DNA of 64,000 bases from Phormidesmis sp. (GCA_965248535.1 CBDFJR010000005.1:1920001-1984000); one strand, 5' to 3'. Counted from the stretch's first letter, positions 43,963 through 53,638 are shown. The notes: generated by a model from the sequence alone, not told the origin. Made by a program: numbers and translations.

Positions 43963-44224
43963 ATGACAAAAAGAATCACCTTGCCACCATTAGGCGAACA
44001 TGATGACGACTGGATAACAATTCTCGCGTGGCTTTATAGCCGCAGCAGATCAAGTCAAGCGGCTGCGCTCATTAGTGTTGGAGTTGCAGAGCAAAAAGCT
44101 GAAGTTGCAACAGATGTTGGACTATATGGCTCAAAAGCGGGCTGTCACCGTTGATGAGCTAATTAAAAGTATTTTGGGTGGGACGATCGATGACGATCGT
44201 GATGACTCGATTGATGAAGAGTGA
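43963..44224 (+). CDS. small hypothetical protein, possibly DNA-binding (apparent frameshift near 44095-44110)
   Basis: MTKRITLPPLGEHD...; continues QQMLDYMAQKR...DDDRDDSIDEE* after removing one base from the A run. Confidence 0.55.
44189..44220 (+). repeat. 32-bp direct repeat, left copy
   Basis: GATGACGATCGTGATGACTCGATTGATGAAGA; one mismatch to 44990-45021. Confidence 0.9.
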
Positions 44225-44237
44225 GAATCGTCAAATT

Positions 44238-44666
44238 TCAGGCGGCTTGTAATTGTAAAAGCAAAGTTTCCGTTGTCCATGTGGGGCAACCACAGCCGAG
44301 AAAGTCACAATCTTGCGTCCAGATTGCAGCATTCGTTTGTAGCGCCAAAGCAACCGTCTGCCAATCGTCAGGATCTCTAGGAATGCGTTTTCTCGCTTCA
44401 AATTCAACATTTCCATAGACAGCAGGCATGATTTGAATGCTGCCTTCAAGTAAACTTTGAGCAACTGCAAAAAGTCGCTCTCCACGTTCCGCAGAAAACC
44501 GATTTTGTCTCACCATGACTCGGATTCGTTTCTGAAGCTCGTGGTCAGCTTCTTCTGCAACTTTTTCGCTAATCAGTAGCTCTAAAGCGGGATTGGCGAT
44601 CAGTGCCTGGCCTCTCAGCCTCAATAGTTCCCCCACCAAAATATTGGCATCAACAATCAGCTTCAT
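44238..44666 (-). CDS. PIN-domain toxin
   Basis: LIVDANIL N-terminus, RDPDDWQTVALAL, IWTQDCDF. Confidence 0.88.
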   Translation of the reverse strand: MKLIVDANILVGELLRLRGQALIANPALELLISEKVAEEADHELQKRIRVMVRQNRFSAERGERLFAVAQSLLEGSIQIMPAVYGNVEFEARKRIPRDPDDWQTVALALQTNAAIWTQDCDFLGCGCPTWTTETLLLQLQAA

Positions 44667-44925
44667 AGGGGAATGGTTTCTTCACGTCTAGAAGGTCGGC
44701 AAGTTCTTCTCTAGTCAAGCCAGAATCTGTTAAAAGGGCTTCGGTCGCTTGCTCAAATTCATCAAGCAGTTTGTCGAGTTCCTCCTTGTTCTTGCGCTTT
44801 TTGGGATAATAAGCGCCAATCACTTCACCGTTCTCTTCAATTTGAATCGGTTGATTGCTCAACAGATAGCGCTTAGGGTTTTGCTCAAAATCTTTGATGC
44901 TAACGTGTCTACTCGCTAGGTTCAT
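44650..44925 (-). CDS. putative antitoxin (Phd-like)
   Basis: Small ORF overlapping the PIN start; VSIKDFEQNPKRYL...PIQIEENGEVIG Phd-like pattern. Confidence 0.7.
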   Translation of the reverse strand: MNLASRHVSIKDFEQNPKRYLLSNQPIQIEENGEVIGAYYPKKRKNKEELDKLLDEFEQATEALLTDSGLTREELADLLDVKKPFPYEADC

Positions 44926-44989
44926 GACTGCATCGGCAATATGAAATATATTCTCATGGTAGTCCCGATCGCTCATTATCTGACTTGTT

Positions 44990-45021
44990 GATGACGATCG
45001 TGATGACTCGATCGATGAAGA
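44990..45021 (+). repeat. 32-bp direct repeat, right copy
   Basis: GATGACGATCGTGATGACTCGATCGATGAAGA. Confidence 0.9.
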
Positions 45022-45045
45022 ATAGGGCGCTACTCAACGATCGCT

Positions 45046-45094
45046 GTAGTGGTTCGAGCTTGAAGGAAGTCACGATCGCGACGCGTGTTGCCAA
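45046..45094 (-). pseudogene. Txe/YoeB toxin remnant (internal deletion)
   Basis: TTG-ATRVAI N-terminus joined at CGATCG to DRDFLQAR/HY, resembling the YoeB C-terminus; lies directly after a YefM-like gene. Confidence 0.45.
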
Positions 45095-45381
45095 GCAAAC
45101 TCCCGGCGCAAATCAGCAACGGTTCGAGGTTCAAAGGTTCGGGCTTTGGCGCGTTGTCGCTCGAGTAGACGTGCAGCGTTTTCGGGAGACTGGAATAAGT
45201 AAGCGGTTTCTTTGATGCTTTCTAGCTCGGCAGTGGGGATGACCGAAACGCTCTCGGAGCCTTCGCGGGTAATCTCGATCGCTTCACGGTGAGCGATCGC
45301 TTGTTCATGGGACGTCATGCAGAAGAACGTTGGTGGCGTCTGTATAAAGTCGTTTGAATCGTCCATTGTCTGTCTGATCAA
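45070..45381 (-). pseudogene. Phd/YefM antitoxin, apparently degenerate
   Basis: EAIEITREG...AELESIKETAYLFQSPENAARLL YefM signature; N-terminal helix shortened. Confidence 0.7.
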
Positions 45382-45400
45382 TCTGTTCTAACAGTAAACT

Positions 45401-47479
45401 CTACTCTCTGACTGTCACCATGCGGTCTTCAATGCCTGCCCAGGTTGTGGGCGACACTCGCACGGCGGCTTGTCTGCACTGCACCATCAGCCAGTTTGCA
45501 TAGAAATAGTTCTCTAAAGCTTTAGCTTCTGCTTCAGATAAATCGACTAGTTCTGGATTCAGATTAAGGGCGTTGTACCAGGTTTGCAGAACTTTATCAC
45601 GAAAGGCTCGGCGGACTTCGACAGGTTGAGTGTCGTCAGGAACTTTAGCTTTTAGGGCTTCTAGTCGCGCAACCAACACAGCGAAGTTTACAGATTTAAA
45701 GATTTTTATTTTTTCAAAAGCGCGGGCGAGGGCGAGGGCGCGGGCGAGGGCGAGGGCGAGGGCGAGGTCGAGGTCGAGGGCGAGGGCGAGGTCGAGGGCG
45801 AGGTCGAGGTCGTGGTCGAGGGCGCGGTCGAGGGCGAGGCGCGAGGGCGAGGCGAGGGCGAGGGCGAGGGCGCGGTCGAGGTCGAGGGCGAGAAAGAGTG
45901 CTGCCACTCGTTTAGCCGCAGGCTTAAAGTCTCCATCTGATCCTGCCGTTGCTTGGTCTGCCCACATTATTAACGCTTTTAGTTTGGGCGTGTTGAGGTA
46001 GGTCTGCGCTTCTTTCTCCATTAGCAACAGCAGGTCATCGGCTCCACCGCGCATCAGCCCCGCAACTAAGATAAAAACTTCCCTCCATCGGCTCTCGATC
46101 AGGTGTTCTGTTACCAATTTCTTAATCTGTCGCTGGTCGTCAATATGCTGCGCGGTCAAATATTCTTGCAGCGTCAAATGCGAAAACGAATAAATCCCGT
46201 CTGCCCGTTCTACCAATACGCCGTGCTGCACTTCAATACTTCGCAACACCTTCGAGCCCATCTACGCCCTTCTCATCCGGCAAGATTTCCTTTAACAGTT
46301 GCTCAATTTGGTCGGCAATTTCGCGACGAGTCGAGAACAATCGATTTTGCTCAAAGCTATCGTAGGCAATCTCTGCCAGCATCATCTCTTTGCGCTTGGT
46401 GTCTAGCCCTTTATAGAGGTCGTCTTGCGGAATGCCCTTCTCGGCCGCCCACTCCTCAAGCAACACTCGCAGCGCCCGTTCATAAAGCGTCGATCGGTTG
46501 GTGGGAAACTTGCGCGATCGTTCATACAACAAACAAACCAACGTCAGCAGCAACGGCGTTTGAGTCAGTTCTTTAGCGGCGGTGTGGTCGTCGCTGTTTA
46601 ATTTCTCCCAGCAATCTTAGCGATGTCGGGGTCTCGACGAAACCAGTTGTCAATAAACTGTTTGATCTGGACATCATCAAAATCAGCCATCGCCACATCG
46701 GTAAACAGCCGAAAGTTATGACGATAAGCCGCCACCCGACACGACGCAATATAGCGATTTTGCTTATGAGCATCGACAAAGTTTTGAATTTGGCTGATTG
46801 CTTCATTCATCCGATCGGTCGCCACCTCATCTAAGCCATCGAGCAAGACTAAAAGCTTGCCCTGCTGCAAAAGTTTCTGCGTCGATTCAACGGGCGACGG
46901 GAAGCCACAGATCCGAAACTCTTCGGCGATAATCTTCTCAAGGTTGATTTCCCCTTTGTTAAACAACTTCAGGTCAACAAACACCGGAATATAACCTGGC
47001 TGATAGGCTCCGCGCTTTCCCTTCAGCGCTTCTAAACCCATGCGCCGCAAAAAGGTCGATTTTCCGGCTCCCGGCCCGCCCAACACCATCAAATATTGCT
47101 TTTCATTTGCGACCTTTAGCCCTTCTTGCTTGGGGCAATCTCTTCTTTGAAAGCTGCGACCTGCCGCGAGTCGATAGGTTTCTTCGAGGGCCTCCACCGA
47201 TTCAAATCCTTGTAAGGCGCGATCGTCTAAAAACTGCACGGCTGCATACACGCTCTCCAGCGTCACAGGTTCCCGCATCCCCAACACTTTGAGAATGCCG
47301 TGACGTTTCTCATAATTCTCGACATATTTGTGAGAGGCTTGAAAGACTAGCTCTCTCTTCGCGCTATTCAAGCCTCCGCCCATCCAAGCAGCAGCTTTAC
47401 CTCCGCCTTCCCAGACACTTTTGATGACAATCTTGCCAATTTCTACAGCGATCGCAGAGGAAAACGGATCGGGAATCAT
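45401..47479 (-). CDS. NACHT-family NTPase (two apparent frameshifts near 46618 and 46259)
   Basis: Walker A GGPGAGKS, Walker B LLDGLDEV, SCR, TPLLLTLVC, YSFSHLTLQEYLTA, WREVF; C-terminal helical domain with LDLALA repeats. Confidence 0.88.
45720..45892 (-). repeat. hexanucleotide microsatellite (CNC-GNC) inside the NACHT gene
   Basis: About 28 GGCGAG/GTCGAG/GGCGCG units encoding L-A/L-D/R-A. Confidence 0.92.
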
Positions 47480-47570
47480 CGCAATATCCAAAAGCCTCTA
47501 GAGAATCACCACTAGCCTACTCTAGAGAAAAGGCAAGCGACCAGATCAAACCTTCTTTCAAGTTCAAAGC

Positions 47571-47880
47571 GTGACTATTTCTGCTTCCCCACCCAGACTC
47601 AGAGACTGGAACGCGACTGTTTTTGCTTTCCCATCCAGACTCCGAGATTGGAACGCGACTATTTCTGCTTCCCTATCCAGACTCAGAGACTAGAACGCGA
47701 CTGTTCCTGCTTCCCTATCCAGACTCCGAGGTTGGAGCACGACTATTTCTGCTTCCCTATCCAGACTCCGAGACTGGAACGCGACTGTTTTTGCTTCCCC
47801 ATCCAGACTCCGAGACTAGAACACGACTGTTTCTGCTTCTAACTCCAAGCTCCGAGGTCAAAACACGATCGTTCTTATTT
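47571..47880. repeat. 42-bp tandem repeat, 7 copies plus a partial copy
   Basis: Consensus GCGACTGTTTCTGCTTCCCTATCCAGACTCCGAGACTGGAAC at 47571, 47613, 47655, 47697, 47739, 47781 and 47823. Confidence 0.95.
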
Positions 47881-47909
47881 AGAACTAGATCGTTCCCCAC
47901 CTAAACCCC

Positions 47910-48926
47910 TTATTCGTGGACTCGACCATTGGGCATGATCGCTCCCGTCAGCAGCGCCCCCGTCAGCTTGACCATGATGCGATCGTCAGCCCCAACCTTA
48001 GCCCCGCGCAAATCAGCCCCGCGCAAATCAGCCCCACTCAAATCAGCCCCAATCAAATTTGCCTCCCGCAGATCAGCCTTATTGAGACTCGCCTGAAGCA
48101 AATTGGCTCTAAACAGGTTTGCCTTGTGCAAATTTGCCCCATCTAAATTGATCTTGTGCAAAAACGTATCGCTCAGATTGGCGTTGCTCAAGTTGGCATA
48201 GCTGAGATTGCGCCCCGACAAATCCTTTTCTTGAAGATTTTGCCCACTCAGGTCGGCCCCGCTTAGATCAGGAGTTTGCGGTCTAGGCGGCGTTTGGGCC
48301 CGCTGATGAGGCGGATAATAAGACGAATGAGGATAAGGAGTTGCAGGCGGCGGGCTGGGTTGGGGTCGCTGAGTTTGAGTCTGAGCCTGATGAGCCTGGT
48401 GAGGTTGCGGATCGGGCGATCGGTGATATTCTGCCCGATAGTGTGACTGCGTATAGTAGTTTTGATCTTTTGACTGCGCCTGCCCCCCATTGGCTTGATG
48501 ACCGTGGGCCCGATCGTGCGACTGCCCCGACTGAGCATGACCGTTTTGAGCGTGCCCATTACTCTGAGCATGACCGTTTTGAGCATGCCCATTACTCTGA
48601 GTGTGACCCGCACCCTGATAGCTCTGAGGGTTAGCCTGAGGCGGACGGTAATAATAGGACTGATAGTAGCTCGGAGTCTGCTTTGAAGTCGGTGCAGGCT
48701 GCGGTTTAGACACTTGAGGCTCCCGCGCCTGAGTTCTCACCGTGTCTCGTGCGTGATTGATTTCTTTGATTTTGTCTTCTGCTTTTTTGAGCAATCGCGG
48801 ATTGTCTTTGGGCACCCGATCGGGGTGCCAAACAAACACCAGGTCTTTATATGCCTGGTTCACGTCTTCAAGTGAGGCACCGGGTTCGAGTCCCAAAATT
48901 CGATAGCAACGGTCTAACTCACTCAT
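47910..48926 (-). CDS. DnaJ-domain / pentapeptide-repeat protein
   Basis: J domain with HPD, Q/H/P-rich linker, C-terminal A(N/D)LxG pentapeptides. Confidence 0.9.
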   Translation of the reverse strand: MSELDRCYRILGLEPGASLEDVNQAYKDLVFVWHPDRVPKDNPRLLKKAEDKIKEINHARDTVRTQAREPQVSKPQPAPTSKQTPSYYQSYYYRPPQANPQSYQGAGHTQSNGHAQNGHAQSNGHAQNGHAQSGQSHDRAHGHQANGGQAQSKDQNYYTQSHYRAEYHRSPDPQPHQAHQAQTQTQRPQPSPPPATPYPHSSYYPPHQRAQTPPRPQTPDLSGADLSGQNLQEKDLSGRNLSYANLSNANLSDTFLHKINLDGANLHKANLFRANLLQASLNKADLREANLIGADLSGADLRGADLRGAKVGADDRIMVKLTGALLTGAIMPNGRVHE

Positions 48927-49243
48927 ACGTCACCAAGATTGCTAGTCAACCATCTTTAGAAGATGCGTTTGCGAAGCAGATTGTTTAAGAAACCCCACAC
49001 GATGCCCACTCTCCCTAGTGAAGTAGAGGTTTTTTCTGATTTTTCAAAGTGTAGTCTTAACTCAAGCAATCGGCCAGAAAGTAAAGACTGATTTAATAGA
49101 GTGGGCAAATGGTTAACATAAGGGGCATTTATCATTAAGCCGTTTGCTCAAAAATTCCTACAGCGATCGTAGCGCAGACCCATGACCGATCGCTGAGATA
49201 GCCAGAGATTTGCCCTAAACCTACTCAACGTTTGATCCGCCGA

Positions 49244-50704
49244 TCAGCGAAAGATTGTGAAGATGTTCAAAAAGCCCGATAGCGGCCCAAAAACCGTTCC
49301 TAGTGTGTCGCCGATGCCCGCCAGCCCTGACTTGCCCACCACGATCGTATCGTTGTTTCGCAACGGCGGATTGCTCTGCTCATTGATGCCCTGATTAAAA
49401 TTAATGGCAATATCGCGCCGATCGACCGTTCCGTTAGGGTTGAGTCTGAGAAAGCTGACTTCTCGCTTTTTGGCGCGGGTATTAAAGCCGCCTGCTGCTA
49501 ACAGAGCCTGGTTAAGCGTCGTGTTGGGCGGAAGCTGCACCGCTCCGGGTTTAGCCACTTCTCCGACGACATTGACCACGATCGCATCGGGCGAAAAACT
49601 AGCACGAGCAAGAATCGTCGCATCGGCAGGCGAAAGCGTCGTCGCCGTGGGAACAATCACCCGATCGCCATCCTGCAATGAGATATCTTGCCGCGAGTCG
49701 CCCGCTTGCAGCAGTTGAAATAGATTGACCTTCATCACCTGATCGAACCCAGACTGGGTGCGTCTTCGCACTTCAATCTCACGAATATTGGCAGATTGGG
49801 TGATGCCTCCCGCAATTTGCAGCGCTCGTGTCACTGTCGGCACCTGCACTTTATTACCGATCGGGGGGTTAGTGCCGCTAGCTTGGGCTGAGGGCACCGA
49901 TTCACTTTTAATCGTGTGCGGGCCCGGACGGTTGACCTCACCTGCCACCACAATTTTCAACGGCTGATCGGTGCTGACCGCAAAGCTAGAAGACGCGATC
50001 AGATTGGCATCATCGACGTTCACAGCAGTTGCCGCCGGAACGACAATGCTATCCCCATCCCGCAGCGGCAAATCTTGACTGAGATCGCCTGTGCGCAGCA
50101 GTTGCCGCAGGTCAACCGTGCGCGTTTGCGGCGCGCTGCCCCTGCCCGATCGCCGCACCACCCGCACCTGCTGAAGATCGGCTGACTGGCTCATTCCCCC
50201 TGCCTGTTGCAGCATTTTAGTCAGAGTCGGAATGCCTCCCTCGATCAGCGTTGTAGTGTAAACACCAGGGCGAGTCACTTCACCCGACACCGCCACACTG
50301 ATCGGGCGCGATGCCATTAAGCTGACGGTGACGATCGGGCGAGTCAGCCATTCGCTAAACTTTTGAGAAATCGCCGCCGATGCCCCTTTGAGGGTCAGTC
50401 CATCTACAGTGACGCTGCCTGCTAGCGGCAAATTCAGCGTGCCATCGGCTAGCACCTGATAGTCACCGCTATACTCCGGCACGTTAAAAATATCGAGTTT
50501 GATCTTGTCGCCCGCCCCCAGCAAATAGCCCTGATCCACCGATAAAGGCGCAGAACTCCCTGCGGGTCGCGACACCAAAGGCTGCGATCGAGGCAATGGT
50601 GGAATTTGAGCCAAGCCGGGCGCTGCCAGACTCAGACTCGATAAAATCAGCAAAAGGCTTGATCGCTTCCCCATCGTTGCTCGCTTAAAAAATTGACCCG
50701 TCAT
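49244..50704 (-). CDS. polysaccharide export protein (Wza-like, SLBB repeats)
   Basis: YLLGAGD, DGTLNLPLAG, three GEVxxPG SLBB units. Confidence 0.9.
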   Translation of the reverse strand: MTGQFFKRATMGKRSSLLLILSSLSLAAPGLAQIPPLPRSQPLVSRPAGSSAPLSVDQGYLLGAGDKIKLDIFNVPEYSGDYQVLADGTLNLPLAGSVTVDGLTLKGASAAISQKFSEWLTRPIVTVSLMASRPISVAVSGEVTRPGVYTTTLIEGGIPTLTKMLQQAGGMSQSADLQQVRVVRRSGRGSAPQTRTVDLRQLLRTGDLSQDLPLRDGDSIVVPAATAVNVDDANLIASSSFAVSTDQPLKIVVAGEVNRPGPHTIKSESVPSAQASGTNPPIGNKVQVPTVTRALQIAGGITQSANIREIEVRRRTQSGFDQVMKVNLFQLLQAGDSRQDISLQDGDRVIVPTATTLSPADATILARASFSPDAIVVNVVGEVAKPGAVQLPPNTTLNQALLAAGGFNTRAKKREVSFLRLNPNGTVDRRDIAINFNQGINEQSNPPLRNNDTIVVGKSGLAGIGDTLGTVFGPLSGFLNIFTIFR

Positions 50705-50717
50705 AGACCAGAGCCTC

Positions 50718-51821
50718 CTATCGTCCCGATGCTGTCAGCAGTTTGCTGCGAGAAGCGCCTTGCAGAGCACCTTCATAAACAGCCAAGGTTTCTTGATGCA
50801 CCCGTCTCACTGATAGCCAGCCCAAGTTTTGCGGTGCCCGTTGTCTCCACACCTCTAACTGCCTTGGGCTAGAGAGCAATTGGATCAACGTTTTTGATAA
50901 AGCAGACACATCGTTAGGTGGCACTAACAATCCGGCTTTTCCTCCCTCCAAGACTTCAGGGATGCCGTCTACATGGGTGGCAACGATCGCACATCCGGCT
51001 TCTCGCGCTTCTGAAAGGACTAACCCAAACGGTTCACGCTCAGAGGCTAGCACAAAAATGTCTGTCGCCAGCAAATAGCGCTGCGGTTCGGGCTGAAAGC
51101 CCTCAAAATGAATGCGATCGCTCACCAGACTTTTTTGGGCGTGACGCTCAAACTCAGCCCGATCGTCGCCATCACCCACCAAATAGAGATGGGTTGAAAC
51201 CTCCGGCAGACGAGTCGCCATCTCGGTAAAGGCATCGATCAGCGTGGTGATGCCTTTGCGGTGAAACATGCCCGCAACCGTGGTGATCGCGGCCCGATGT
51301 AAGGGCAGCGGCTCAATCTCAGACAATGGGCGACAGCGAGGACTGCCCAGCGTGCCGTTAAACACCACTCGCAGTTTGCTCGGTGAAATGCCTCGCTGCT
51401 GCATCGACACCGCAACCGCGTGACTGATGGCGATGACGCGATCGGCCAATCCCATTAGAGTGGCACTGCGCTGAAACTCATTGTGAACTGTAGACACGAT
51501 CGTGTAATTTGCCCTTCCCCTCAGCAGTTTGGCCAAAACAACTCCAGTCATCATGTGAGTGTGAATAATTTCTGGCTCAAAGGTCTCGACGATCGCCCAA
51601 AATCGCGGCACGGCTCTAAGCAATGTCACCGGGCGGCGACGCTGCTCAAACTTAAAATGCTCAACTCCATAGTCAGCCAGCAGAGTCTCAAACTCGCCGC
51701 CCCCCGATGCAACCGCGACCTGATGACCCGCTTGGGCTTGAAGGCAAGCCAAATCGATCGCCACATTGACGATGCCGTTGCCGATTTTTTGAATGTGGTT
51801 GAGAACGTGAAGGATTCGCAT
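50718..51821 (-). CDS. glycosyltransferase family 4 protein
   Basis: EPFGLVLSEA (EX7E), VGDG. Confidence 0.9.
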   Translation of the reverse strand: MRILHVLNHIQKIGNGIVNVAIDLACLQAQAGHQVAVASGGGEFETLLADYGVEHFKFEQRRRPVTLLRAVPRFWAIVETFEPEIIHTHMMTGVVLAKLLRGRANYTIVSTVHNEFQRSATLMGLADRVIAISHAVAVSMQQRGISPSKLRVVFNGTLGSPRCRPLSEIEPLPLHRAAITTVAGMFHRKGITTLIDAFTEMATRLPEVSTHLYLVGDGDDRAEFERHAQKSLVSDRIHFEGFQPEPQRYLLATDIFVLASEREPFGLVLSEAREAGCAIVATHVDGIPEVLEGGKAGLLVPPNDVSALSKTLIQLLSSPRQLEVWRQRAPQNLGWLSVRRVHQETLAVYEGALQGASRSKLLTASGR

Positions 51822-51837
51822 TAGTTCAGGATTCGCA

Positions 51838-52992
51838 TTAGTTCAGGTGCGTCATTCTCTCTAGAACTTCCATGTATTGATCGATCACGCGATCGGTCGA
51901 AAACGCCAGCGATCGCCGCTTTAAAACCGCCGCTTGAATCGGATTATCCAAAGTGTCTAAAATGGCTTTGGCAAAGGCAGCCGGATCAGCGATCGGCGTT
52001 AACCTGCCATAGGTGCCATAGTCTAAAATCTCGGCTGGCCCACTGGGGCAATCTGTAGAGACGATCGGGGTTCCGGTTGCCATGGCCTCGGCAACGACGT
52101 TGCCAAACCCCTCAAACTTAGACGACAGCGCAAACACCGAAGCGTGAGCCATATAGGTATAGGGATTGTCTGCAAACCCTGGCAGTGAGACCTCAGATTC
52201 TAAATTCAAATCGCGAATCAGACGTTCTAGCTGAGGGCGTTGCTCACCTTCGCCTAAAATGATCAGCCGAGCCGGGCGCTGCCGCCGCACCAAGGCAAAC
52301 GCCTGAATCAGTGTGAAGAAATCTTTCTGGCCGACTAGCCGCCCAACCCCCAAAATCACGGGCGGTTCTCCGGGCAAAAACCAGGGATGATCCAGCGGTT
52401 CTCGGCTTTTTTCTAAAACTTCAGGCGTGACCACGGGATTGTAGATCACCCGAATTCGTTCTAGGGGCAGTGAGGTAATGTGGGCCAAGTCTTCGGCGGT
52501 GCCTTGAGAGGCGGCTACCAGATCGTCCGATTTTGGGTAGAGCCAGCGCACTAGCTGAGGACGGAGTTTTCCCATGGTGTGGGGCTGATGCTCTTGAAAT
52601 TGCCCAGATAGGTAGGTCTGGATGCACATCACCACACGGGTAGGCACTCGCGCACTCCACTTAGCCCAGAGCGCAGAACTGACAATATCCAACGCTGAAA
52701 ACAAAACGGTGGGTTGTTCTCGCTGCAAATGATGCTGCAAGGCTCTGGTCTTTGACAGCACTACCGGAAACTTGGATTTCAAATTGACCAGTCTGACGTT
52801 AGCTGGAACTTGCTTAAGATAGTCTCCTTCGGCTTCAGCGAGCACCAAATCTGTCTTTAAACCTCGATCGGCAAACCCCTGCGCCAAATGCAGCATTGCT
52901 CGCTCGGCACCGCCCCCCGCTAAAGCAGGCAGAAACACGCTTACAGAAGGATTATTCACTGTCATACTTGCCAGACTTACACTAGTCCTCAT
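51838..52992 (-). CDS. glycosyltransferase family 4 protein
   Basis: GGAERAM, GRLVGQKDF, EGFGNVVAEAM, DCPSGPAEIL. Confidence 0.92.
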   Translation of the reverse strand: MRTSVSLASMTVNNPSVSVFLPALAGGGAERAMLHLAQGFADRGLKTDLVLAEAEGDYLKQVPANVRLVNLKSKFPVVLSKTRALQHHLQREQPTVLFSALDIVSSALWAKWSARVPTRVVMCIQTYLSGQFQEHQPHTMGKLRPQLVRWLYPKSDDLVAASQGTAEDLAHITSLPLERIRVIYNPVVTPEVLEKSREPLDHPWFLPGEPPVILGVGRLVGQKDFFTLIQAFALVRRQRPARLIILGEGEQRPQLERLIRDLNLESEVSLPGFADNPYTYMAHASVFALSSKFEGFGNVVAEAMATGTPIVSTDCPSGPAEILDYGTYGRLTPIADPAAFAKAILDTLDNPIQAAVLKRRSLAFSTDRVIDQYMEVLERMTHLN

Positions 52993-53133
52993 GAGAATGA
53001 CGTGAGAACGGGGATATTTACCTCCCCCTGAAGTCAGAATCCTGCTCTAATGCTCACGATCGGGGCATCTATCCATCTAGCTATGACCCCTGTTTAAATG
53101 ACTGAGCAGATTGGCTGTAGGCGACACTGGCGT

Positions 53134-53331
53134 TCAGCTTTTTGCAGAGTCTAGCCAGTCATAGATCTGATCAAGCTGTTGCAGCGTCACTAGCCCATAT
53201 TGCCAAAGAATCATGGGCAGAGGGCCATTGTTTTGGTCGCGGTGTCTCAGGGCAAGCGAGATCGAAGAGTCAGAAATAGCTAACTCGTCTCGCAAAAAGC
53301 GAATGAATTTTGAATGGATCGTAGGTGCCAT
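53134..53331 (-). CDS. DUF2949 family protein
   Basis: FLRDELAIS...LPMILWQYGLVTLQQLDQIYDWL; GAGG RBS. Confidence 0.85.
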   Translation of the reverse strand: MAPTIHSKFIRFLRDELAISDSSISLALRHRDQNNGPLPMILWQYGLVTLQQLDQIYDWLDSAKS

Positions 53332-53638
53332 TTTGCTCTCACCTCTTGAGTGACCCTATCTTGAATGAGCAATCTACTTTTGAAGGGTGGTCAGTAGCCA
53401 CTCTCTGATCTGGCTGACTTGGACTATGAAACGGTCTATCCATCATCCAGACCGAACTTAAGGCTTCACCTCTACTGTGAACTGGCTTAAACGATCGCTG
53501 CTCCAACGGCTCTGGGTGAAGATGATTCAGGAAATACGACTCCAAATTACAGAGGATGAAACCAGGATGAATCCATCTAAAGATAGACTTCTAAAGGACT
53601 GCCCGCTCTCAGAGGCTCTCAGCGTTCTGCGTCAGCCA

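Noticed and set aside
45720..45892. Diversity-generating retroelement variable region
   Set aside because: No template repeat or reverse transcriptase in the window; slippage explains the pattern.
45630..46001. Poly-Arg/Ala ORF on + and poly-Ser/Pro ORF on the alternate - frame
   Set aside because: Shadow frames of the hexamer repeat inside the NACHT gene.
47571..47880. CRISPR array
   Set aside because: Units repeat end to end with no unique spacers, and there are no cas genes in the window.
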